A stretch of 28,673 nucleotides of DNA from NCBI GenBank assembly GCA_000934665.2, contig KZ538257.1:62001-90673 (forward strand). The letters run 5' to 3'. Positions 1 through 10,400 of the stretch are shown piece after piece. Source of the stretch: Catajapyx aquilonaris. Its lineage: Eukaryota. Each line of letters begins with the position of its first letter. Position 1 is the stretch's first letter. Both the position numbers and the translations under genes were made by a program. The notes under the pieces are model-generated. The model was not told the DNA's origin. It saw nothing but the letters and a program-made list of their open reading frames with translations, and did no database searches.

Positions 1-20
1 TCTTGCAATGCTGCATCCCC

Positions 21-2012
21 ATGAACAAGGTTGGTGTCTTCATCCTTGAAGCCGCAACTGTGCATAACAAGTATGCATGCTGGGTTGCATTCTCAAGGAT
101 ACAGAACTTGCAAACTTATTAATGGTGCCATTAGTCATAACGCATGGACCCGGATGTTTATGACAACTCCGAAGTTGTAGGATTCATGCTACAGTGATTG
201 AACTTTGACACTTCTTGAATTTTTTTTGTAAAACTATTTTCAGTGGGTAGCGGTTGTGTTGGTGCTGTCCATCGGGTTCATCGACGTACACAGCGGAACT
301 TCGCAGGAAGACGGAGGAGCCAGTACTAGCACCAGTATGTGCTACGGCGGCTAAGTTGACGGAGACGATTGGTGTTGACACGAATCGTCTTCGCCAACAT
401 GGCCACCGCAGTAACCACATTTATCTCCTACGCTCGAAGCATTAGGCCCAAACGAGCCGGAACTGACAAATATGCCAGTATTGGAGTCTTCTACAACGGC
501 TACCTATAATTTCCCAGCAGGCAGTGGTTTTGACCCGCAGCCTGATTACGGTAAAGGGGGCACCAGCAGCAGCGGAGGTACGGACCGCGGAAGGGACCGA
601 GGGTACGACCGGGGCGGAGGTACGGACCGAGGGTACGACAGGGGACCGTACGACAAGGGCAGCGGAGGTCAGCAGCCGGATAGGGGTTACGACCGGGGAG
701 GTACACCAGGACGAGGTGGCAAGTACTTGAGCACGTGAATGCAGCATGTGTACTGCATGTGTATGTGAGCACGTGGGGACTTGTACTTGTTGCAGGTGGG
801 GATCATCGTTGCGTCATTACAGGTTGGGTTCACACCAGAGACAGAGGTGACCCGTGGTCGCAAGGACGACGAAGAGGTACAGTACCAGATCAGGGGGGGT
901 CACATACGTACCCAATTATTTGGAAATGTTCATTTCTCCATCTTTGTGTGCAAAAGGCAGACGTGTAGGAAGGGTTGCATAGTGTTTAGGCCCGTTACAG
1001 GTATGCTAGTAACGAGAAGTCGTCAGGTACCGTACAAGTAAGTATAGTTCATATAAGCATGTGCACACTGGCACATGCACATTTAGAGTTGATGTTGATT
1101 TAATTTCATCACATATTCGCACTTTAAAGCAGTTAGAGCAGTTGCATGGTACCGTACTTTCCTTTCAGACAATGCTTCAATAACCCCGAATGACCTCTGG
1201 TATTTTCCACCAGGTGTTCGACCTCCGTATGATGCCGGCCGAGGAGGTTACGACAAAGGGAATTCAGGTAATCCGTCAACATCCGGTTGACCTTTGCAGT
1301 GGAGAAACCAACGTTTGCTAACTGCTTCAGGTGGTGGTGGCAACCGTGGTTGGAACTATGGAGACAACCGAGGCAGCAACGATCCGTTCGGCAGAGGTGA
1401 CCGCGGTTCAGGCAGAGGTTACGACCCATTTGACCGGGGAGACCGCGGAGATCGCGGATACGGTCAAGGGTCAAACAAAGGCGACTGGGGACGAGGCGGA
1501 GGCGGAAGTTACGCCGGGGCTAACTCTGGAGGTGGCGGAACTTACGATTTGTACGGATGTAGACCAGGAGCAACCTCTGGAGGTTACGACCGACCATTAG
1601 GAGGATCAGGAGGTTTCGATCGACCGTTAGGAGGATCAGGAGGTTACGATCGACCGTTAGGAGGATCAGGAGGTTACGATCGACCGTTAGGAGGATCAGG
1701 AGGTTACGACCGGCCATTAGGAGGATCAGGAGGATACGGAGGATCTGGTGGTTATGGAGGTTCCGGTGGTTACGGAGGATCTGGAGGTTACGGTGGCGGA
1801 GGATATCCGGGAGGAGGAGGTTACGGTGGTGGTAGAGGGGGTGGACCTTATGGGGGAGGTGGTGGTAGTTATGGAGGAGGCTACGGAGGCTCCGGCGGAT
1901 CATGGAGTTCAGGCAATTACAAAGGTAATTAGATGCAATGAGTCACCATAGGATAGGTTATCACTGCGGTTACTTTTCAGGTAGCAGTAGTGGCTATGGC
2001 GGACGTTATTAA
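21..2012 (+). CDS. Secreted glycine/arginine/aspartate/tyrosine-rich low-complexity protein (GRP-A), about 352 aa, about 7 exons
   Basis: Manual model: 21-29 (ATG AAC AAG|gttggt), 244-334, 521-718 (or from 518, NAGNAG acceptor), 796-876, 1214-1267, 1331-1924, 1981-2012 (TAA); total 1059 nt, in frame. The N-terminus MNK-WVAVVLVLSIGFIDVHSG looks like a signal peptide. The body has DRGYDRG motifs, (GGYDRPLGGS)x5 and GGYGGS repeats, and ends GSSSGYGGRY*. AATAAA at 2192-2197. The last three exons are solid; exon 1 and the 796-876 exon are less certain. Confidence 0.8.
1579..1728 (+). repeat. Coding tandem repeat, 30-bp unit x5 encoding GG(Y/F)DRPLGGS, followed by 18-bp GGYGGS units
   Basis: Directly visible: GGAGGTTACGAYCGACCRTTAGGAGGATCA repeated with few substitutions. 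Confidence 0.97.
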
Positions 2013-2191
2013 GGACGCTGCTAACAAGTTTTAAATAACAGTACCAAAGAAAGCTTAAGTAATCAAAAGAGCCTGCCTCGAATGTGAAGGCCTAAATTAT
2101 CGCCGTGATGTAATATTACCCATGATTTGTACATAGCATTTTTGTATTTTGGTTAGCGCATGTTGTGAATGCGTGTGTGACTGATGCATTG

Positions 2192-2197
2192 AATAAA
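2192..2197 (+). terminator. Candidate polyadenylation signal of GRP-A
   Basis: AATAAA about 180 nt after the TAA at 2010-2012. Confidence 0.6.
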
Positions 2198-3089
2198 AAA
2201 AATTGTTTCAGACACATTACTTTTACCCTTACAGTGACGTTGACAACTTTATCATCCCCACACAAAAACCAAATCTAGATGCAAAGTCCTTGATGTCTTG
2301 ACATTATTTTGATTTACAACAATCGCCTTTTGCATCTAAAAGTGCAAGTCAGCATCTGAAAGTCGGACAGGCGCAATAAATGGCAAATTGCTCCCCACTT
2401 TTGCATTCTGATATCACACAATGCATGACCAACACAGGTCTGCTAACAACCATAACGTCGTGTATTAGCCCATACCGCAACCGATTGTCGGCATCCCCCA
2501 TACCTCATCACTTCCATGCCGAATTACACATTTCGAAACATGTTGCAATTGGTTAGATCAGCCCCGAAGACAATGTTAGAAGCCAATCTATGTGAGGCAA
2601 TAAATATAGCAAGGGGCCAAAATCGTGACCCATCCAGATGAGGCAAGAATCAGCACTTTTTCTAGTGTGGTAAAACCAGGAAACTGGGCCACACCAGGTT
2701 CAACCAAGCCCTTGACCTATAATATGACATCACTGTTCTTCCGGAAGAGTAATTAAGTGCACTTCGCACCTGGACCATTTGCATCAAGGTTTTCCCACAT
2801 ATCGTATAGGTCCTATATGTCCAGGATGTGCTCGAGAAATGCTTCAAGGGAATATAACAAATGGGGGCAAGTCACGCCAGGGACATTTCCACGGCCAGCT
2901 GACTTATTATTTACCCCTTAGCAGCTTAAAAGGGGGCCGATTAGCTATGTTTTTACGAAAAGTGCTTACTCTGCAGATTAGCAGCTAAAGCGATGGTCAC
3001 GATTGCGAATCATAGTGCGATTCTGTCAGATTGGGATTAGGCTCACTGCAGGGCACGAACTGGATCAACCTATTAGGATCGCGCTCATT

Positions 3090-3361
3090 CACTCTTAACC
3101 ATTTACCTTCTCTAGAGAGGGTAAGAAAGTGGCCATTTTTTACCTTACATTGTAGGGTAAATATTCTTGGGTAAATTGATTCTAAGGTAAATTTTGCATG
3201 TATTACCTTAGAAAATAGATGGTAAAAAGGGCCTCTTTTTTGCCCTCTATTTTCTAAGGTAATACATGCAAAATTTACCTTAGAATCAATTTACCCTACA
3301 ATGTAAGGTAAAAAATTGCCACTTTCTTACCCTCTCTAGAGAAGGTAAATGGTTAAGAGTG
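3090..3361. mobile_element. Palindromic MITE (about 272 bp) with CACTCTTAACC termini and apparent 2-bp TT target-site duplication; possibly CMC/EnSpm-like
   Basis: tt|CACTCTTAACCATTTACCTTCTCTAGAGAGGGTAAG ... CTTACCCTCTCTAGAGAAGGTAAATGGTTAAGAGTG|tt. The arms are reverse complements along almost their whole length, with internal TTACC/GGTAA sub-repeats. The superfamily call is inference. Confidence 0.85.
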
Positions 3362-4376
3362 TTGGTTGAAGGCAACCAGATGGTCCAATAAGAGAGCTAT
3401 CATGCTTGATATTGCATGTTTTACACTTTCAAATCCATTTTTGTTGCCAAATCTAACAGGTTTGTGTCATGTAAAATGTCATGGTGATGACACAATAAAG
3501 TGATGTATGATTTGTGCAGGACATATTATTGTATGGAAGCACTAACAATGAGGCAAGTGAATACGACCTGGAAACAAGTGCAAACCCTTGTTTTCACTTA
3601 CCCAGCATCCCATTAGGGTCATGTAACCTACAGCAAGTATCATGGAGTTCTTTTCACATTTACGCTTCACGACACACAGTTTCGCAAGGGATGAGAAAGG
3701 AGGTTGTGTTGCCGGTTATGATGGGGTCTTAAGAAGTGACCCGTTTTGAGGCTGAGGACCGTCTAAGGGGGCGGGGGCCAGGTCATGGTCTTCATTATAA
3801 CATCCCATGCTCATCGACAATTTTTATGCGTCGGCACAGGTCCAACAATGTGCCTGCGAATGAATTAATATATTAGTAGGTAGGAGAAAAAGCTAAACTC
3901 TCCAATCGCCTTGACACGGATTAATATTTGGTGAAAAGAAGCTTCCGTGGTCATCACCCCCTGTCATTATAATAAGCAGTAGCTGAATCTTGGGAGGGAC
4001 CTTAGCATTTGGAAGAAACCGGAAGTAGGACCGGAGCTGATGGCTCCGTCACGCTCATTATATTAGCGATTGCAAGGTGGTCCGGTACCAGAACCGGCTT
4101 TCGTTTGCTCAATTTTCGTGTCCCAACAACAAAGGATGTGTGGTGCTCGGGATATTTTCGTGAACCACACACTCCTTTACTGACAAGTACTTTCGTGGCA
4201 AAGACAAGGTAAACGCAGTAAGCAATGTTGATATGTATTTTTTATTGCAAATTAATTTCAATCAATGGAGGTCATCTCGAAAGTAATTTTTCCACTGTAT
4301 ACTTATTTATTTCCATTATTTTGTTACATTATTTTATTGTGATATCCTATATCCTTACCTCATGTTCTTTCATCAT

Positions 4377-4487
4377 TGCACCGGAGTTAGAAGAAAAATC
4401 AGAAAATTGAAGGAAAAATGGCGGTATTCCACCCCCCTATAAGGGCCTATGGCCCTATCACGGGGTAACGTAAATAAATAAATAAAA
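4377..4487 (+). mobile_element. 3' fragment of the SINE family seen at 12913-13360
   Basis: GAAAAATGGCGGTATTCCACCCCCCTATAAGGG matches GAAAAAATGGTGGTATTCCACCCCGCTAAGGG at about 13287-13318, and the fragment ends in a (TAAA)n tail. Confidence 0.7.
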
Positions 4488-7333
4488 TATTTTATTGTGA
4501 TATTAGGATATGTAGCTACTTATTTTTGAGCTAGTTCGTCTCCATTGTTAACTAATATTAACTAATAATTTATAATATTTCACATTTAAAAATAATTTCA
4601 ACTTATTCAAAAATCGCTACTGCAATATTTTTATGCATTTTGGGCATGGCTTACATTTTTTTATATAATTTATCACTTGTATTTACCTACACTTTTGCAA
4701 CACCCAACAAGGTTGTTTGCTACACACTGACGTATTCAATAAGCACCTTAAAATTGATATTAATCACGCGCCCGCAATTATACGGTCACACCTCGTAAAA
4801 TTCCAATGACAACAAAAGGCTCGACCTTGCAGTGATTGTCATACCAAGTGAAAGTAAGTGCCATATGAAAAAAAAAGTGATATAACTACCTCTTCACTTT
4901 CCCACCAGGAAACAACAGCCCAGTTTCTCATCTCTGCGTGTGGGCTTATTCACATAAGACCTTCTTCCCCCCCCTTTTTTACATACTACCTCCAAGGTCA
5001 GGATGTTCCTTCAGAAACATTATTGATAGCAACAATCGGCAATATTATTTTGACCGACCTTGAACTTATTACAGGTGAAAGTTGATTCGTTGGATTTTGT
5101 GTGTGTTGGCAACAGGTCAGTTGGGGTCACATGTTGGCCAACTGACCACGAGTAAGATCAAATTAGCACAGCAAGAAGCGTGACGGGAGTATTCTCAACA
5201 ATGAACCATTGTCAGAATTTTACGCCTGATTGTGACTTCGATTACTGATATGCAAACGAGCGCATTTCCTGTGTGCATGTGCAGTTGCAAAAAATATTTT
5301 TTTTTGTTAAAAAGTGGGTTAATAACGCCTTGGAAATGCAGCAACATCAGCATGCAATTGAAGCTACCGGTGGCAAATTAAGAGAAAATTGGTGGTATAG
5401 GAAGCAATACCGGTACCGGTATGGAACACGTTTTTTTGATGGAGCAGATCACTTTCTAGAACTATACCATCGTGAGCAAGACTTGAATGAACGGGGAAGC
5501 ACGATCATGTTTGAGTCATATGTGTTAGGTTTAGGACATTAATTGACGAATTTATTAATAATTTAATTAGTTGTTTCCTTAACAGTCAGTATTGTACCTA
5601 AGATCATAAGGATACGAAAAGTGCATTATTCACATACTGTAATGACCAAAAAGATTCGGACGACTGCTTGTATGATATACGACCCGTCTTGTTAGCACAA
5701 TTAACTTACAATTAAGGATGTCCATTTTTTGAAAATAAAAGCAGTGGACAAAACAATAGGACTATTGTTTTTAAAATATTAATTACCGCTGTGATACACT
5801 GACAAAATTTTTTTTCTCCAATAGAAATGTCGAACATCTTATCGCACCGCAAACACCGTGGTCTAGATACCCGACAAAGCACTTGAAGGACATGATCACA
5901 CAATAGACATTGTCCACATGATACCTCTTCATCACAATCCGTGTAGGAATCCTAGAATAGAAAAGATCACGTCCATTTGTGGGCATCATCGCATCAAGAC
6001 TACTTCTTGCATATAATAAAAGGTCCATGTGATTATCTCCTTATTCCCAATTATTATTCGGTAATAATATCAAGCGAAAGTGGTCACGATCCACATTCGT
6101 CGCCAATAATGGAAGGGCTTCCGCTTCGCTTTCTACACATATGCAAAAGACCCAAATATTTTGGCCATGGCTGAACGGAAGTGGGTCCTCTCCATGTAAA
6201 ATAATAATTTAACAGCGTTGTGAAATTAAAGTCGTGACCTTTTTTTTTTAAAAAAAACGCAATTTAAGGATGACTCGAAGATTTATGTGCATGGTTTAAA
6301 AGCCAGCATTTACATTAATGGCCGTTTAAATAAATTATTACTGGTTACCTCAGCTATTAAAATTGGAGACCTTCTTGTCCTTATAGAGTTGTTAATTTTT
6401 TTTTGGCTTACCTATTTACATGTGACACTTGTCCCACACTTGCTTTACCACACTTATGACGACATGTTACCAACCCATACTTATCATTGTGACATTACAC
6501 CTGATCCGGAACAAACATTACTCATCCAATATTTTGCAATGTAATACAAGTTTCCATACTCCAGCACAGTAGGCGGGAAAAAATAAAACCGTGCGCGGAA
6601 TAATCCACTTTCACTCTAATTACATGCATGGAACCGGTTTTTGACATGTTTTGGGAGGGTTGGGGGATAGGGGGTGTAAGAAGTTTTGGGAGTGATTGTT
6701 GTTGTGGTAAGATGTGGGCTTAAAAAGTGTGTGTGTGTGTGATAGTGCGTGCGAAAAGGTTTCGTGGTGCCAGAGGTGCATGTCAAGTATGACCTTTTGA
6801 CACCGGCACCTAGATTTGCCCATTCCCACCAAGTGCTACACGGCATTGCATTGATATGAGTACGGATATAGCACAATATTGTATGGCCAATTAGTAATCT
6901 CAGGATATTGCAACCTAGAAAATATTGTATGGAGTAATAAAGTATGTGCAATGTTTGTGAAATAATTTAATTTAAAATAGCTAATGAAGTTTGTAAACTT
7001 TCATCTCAGTACAAGTTAAGCAACATGCCACACTGATGTAAATAAGACAAAACAGGTTTTTATATGTATCGTACTGTAACACATGTCCACACCTGTGTTA
7101 CCCTAACGTCACTTCACAAAAGTGACATAAGTGACCCCTTCTGAATTTTGGCCAATGAACTCTCTCGACACAGACCGAGACGGGAAGAAACGCATAATAT
7201 TCTCCTCTCTCTTTCCATAAAACGTGATGGGAGCTTTTGCAGCATCCCCTTCTTCTCCTTCCCCCATCTCCCCCCCTCCATCTCCCAGACTCCCCCGCAT
7301 TAGGCTGGAGGTCACATCTTTTGTGGCCACAGG

Positions 7334-7369
7334 TATAAAAAGGTGTCGAGGCATTTGGGGGGTATCAGT
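7334..7369 (+). promoter_or_regulatory. Core promoter of GRP-B: TATA box plus arthropod-type initiator
   Basis: TATAAAA at 7334-7340 and TCAGT at 7365-7369, about 31 nt after the TATA start; ATG at 7414. Confidence 0.85.
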
Positions 7370-7413
7370 AGTTTAGCGATATTCGTCTGTAGTGCACAGT
7401 GAAATCGCCAGCT

Positions 7414-10400
7414 ATGGCTAAGCTGGTAAGTAAGCAACTAGTTAGTGAACTCTATTTATAAAAAGTGGAATTAATTTTAGCAACAGGAATATCTTCAGAG
7501 TTGGTTGAAACATGTTCCGGAAGTGACTGGAGGAATCGTCACATTTCGCCCAAATTTCGTCCGAATTATCGCCCAAACACTTTGGATGAGTTGCATCCTC
7601 CTGAGACCCCTGGTACAGTATACTGTACGTTTGGTTTTTCCAGCACCTTCTGACTAACTCAAACGCGTTAAAAAACCAAAAACAAAGGTACAGTATACTG
7701 TACTCCGGGTCTCAGGAGGATATCTGATGGTAGACAATGGACTTATTCTTGCTTTTGTTGTTCATTGTTAATAACATTACTAGTCCATAGAGTAACTTAT
7801 GGAACTGGAATTGTCTTTGGACAAAATTTTATTGGTCGGACGAAATGTCTTTGGGTGATAACTATTGATAATAAGAAATAACAAATTGATGCCAATAAGT
7901 CAATAACAACAATGCAGCATTTTGTAATAAAATTTGCAAATGAAGGGCAATCAGTAATTATCAATTAGTCTCCGAGTAACAACACACCTATTTTTAATTT
8001 ACAACATCAAAATTTAACAAATCAACACAAATTTCCTGTAACATAAATAGCGAACAAGGTAGTCTGGGAGCAAACTTCAAAAGAAATACTTCACACCAGT
8101 GCATACCAACCATGCATGACGTACCAACAGCAGAGCTAATTTGAGCTGTCATATCATAAAAGAGCATGGCGTACTACCGGTCTCCAGTGAACATGCCGCT
8201 TTTGGCCTAGGTCGTCACAATGCAATGTAATAATAATTATAATTAACATCCGGAGTGACTGTACTTGTGATAACCTTGTTCTTGTTCCATTATCAGGCAC
8301 TACTTGTCTGCCTAGCAGTGGTGGCCATCCACCTGACTGACGCTGGAGGAGGAGGAGGTAGATATGTCACAGTAGTTATGCAGTAGCTACTCACATGTCA
8401 CATGTCACATGTCACATTATGTCAGTAAACAATTGATGTAAAGCCCCTTAGGAAAGTGTAGCAATTGAACTATACTTAGCAAGTATGTGCAGTGTGCCAT
8501 CGTCGGACACTAGTGAAGAGTATTTGCATAGTTTTGTAGTGTAATGGTGGTAGTGCAGTAAAGTGATTATTCGCAGGTTACGGTGGCGGAGGAAGAGGAA
8601 GAGGTGGGGGCGGAGGAGGTAAGATGTGGTTTTGCGGCTTCCTTATTACCCGCTTGTAACCAATTGCAGCATTTCATACTGTATATAGCTGAACGTGTTG
8701 CAGTAGCTTAGTGGCCATTACAGGATACGGTGGAGGCGGCAGGGGTCACGGTGGCAGGGGAGGTCGTGGCGGAGGAGGACGCCGAGGTGGGTCATGTCAC
8801 ACGACCTGATATGGTCCATTGTAAATATCTAAACATGACCTTTGCAATAATTACATAAGGTGAAGTGGGGTAAGTGCATACACGGGGTAAGTGCATAAAC
8901 GGGCCGCCATATTGGAATAAAAATGGCTGACGACACCAAAACGCGTCCGGGGATGTTATGTGCAGCTACACGAAGAGTGCCTGATGCGTTTTGGTGTCGT
9001 CAGCCATTTTCATTCCAATATGGCGGCCCGTTTATGCACTTACCCCACTTCACCTTACTTACATTAATACTGTATATAATATATACTAAAATACATAAAC
9101 ATTAATTTAATGGTAATATCAACAAACTAACTAATTTAGAGAAATCAGATCTAATCAATTTAACTACAATGTTTATATTTATTTAATTAACTTAATTTTA
9201 TGTTTCAGGAGGCTACGGAGGTGGCGGTGGTGGCCATGGCGGAGGCGGCGGTTTTGGAGGTAGACAAATGATATAATGGAAACAAAATGGAAAATTTGGC
9301 CAACCTGGGTGGTGGTGTAGCTGTTTGAACCGGTATCCCCGTAGACATGGAACAGGTGGTAACACACCTGGTTGTTAAAAAATAGAACTTTTGTCGTCTG
9401 TTTTAGGAAGTCTAGCCAAGAGTTTTGGCGGCGGAGGATTCGGTGGGGGTGGGAAAGGAGGAGGAGGAGGCGGGGGGNNNNNNNNNNNNNNNNNNNNNNN
9501 NNNNNNNNNNNNNNNNNNNNNNNNNNNNNNNNNNNNNNNNNNNNNNNNNNNNNNNNNNNNNNNNNNNNNNNNNNNNNNNNNNNNNNNNNNNNNNNNNNNN
9601 NNNNNNNNNNNNNNNNNNNNNNNNNNNNNNNNNNNNNNNNNNNNNNNNNNNNNNNNNNNNNNNNNNNNNNNNNNNNNNGGCGGAAAGGGATTCGGAGGAG
9701 GCGGCAGTGGATACGGAGGAGGCGGCGGCGGTGGTGGTGGTCCATGGAAGGGGTCTGGAGGAGGCGGATTTGGAGGAGGCGGAAAGGGGGGAGGCGGATA
9801 TGGAGGCAGCGGTGGTGGAGGCGGCCCATGGAAGGGATCTGGCGGAGGCGGATTCGGAGGAGGCGGAAAGGGCTTTGGAGGAGGAGGCGGCGGGTATGGG
9901 GGAGGCGGCGGAGGTGGTCCATGGAAGGGATCTGGAGGCGGTGGATTCGGCGGAGGCGGAAAGGGATTCGGAGGAGGCGGATATGGAGGCAGCGGCGGAG
10001 GCGGCGGTAAAGGTTTCGGAGGTAAAGTGCTCTTCACATAAGGTCTGGACAGAGGAGGTAACGTACCGTAAAAAATATGGAAACAACAATAGGTTACCTC
10101 ATGGGTAAATTTTGAAAATGGGGCCTTTGTTGGATAATTTTTTCGGTTATTGGAAATTGTCAATACCCAATCAACATATACATCAAATGAAAGAGGAGCG
10201 CGAGTAGAATGCTCATATTGACTTTGTTTTTCTGAAAAATGCACTCAGAAAAACATGCTGGTCACATGCTCAGTAACATGTTCAAGTGTTTAGACCCCAA
10301 AATTTAGTGATGTATTTGCGTATGAGCAGCCATATTTGGTGACAGGAGTTGTGACCCATACAAGATTCAATATGTTCAGTTTCAATCCTGGGACATGCAT

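Noticed and set aside
990..1026. Possible extra GRP-A exon (tttag|GCCCGTTAC...TCAG|gtaccg)
   Set aside because: It is 37 nt, not phase-compatible with the flanking phase-1 exons, and its composition is unlike the rest of the protein.
1579..1728. CRISPR-like array of 30-bp repeats
   Set aside because: The units are head-to-tail with no unique spacers, lie in frame in a eukaryotic exon, and no cas genes are present.
442..1903. Minus-strand ORFs 442-747, 500-772, 1133-1474 and 1520-1903
   Set aside because: They are antisense shadows of the repetitive GRP-A exons.
9179..10244. Long Pro-rich, Ala/Ser-rich and Arg-rich ORFs in other frames and on the minus strand (for example 9375-10244 -, 289 aa)
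   Set aside because: These are shadows of the GGN-repeat exon of GRP-B. Promoter, signal peptide and splice sites all support the Gly frame on +, and the N gap inflates ORF length.
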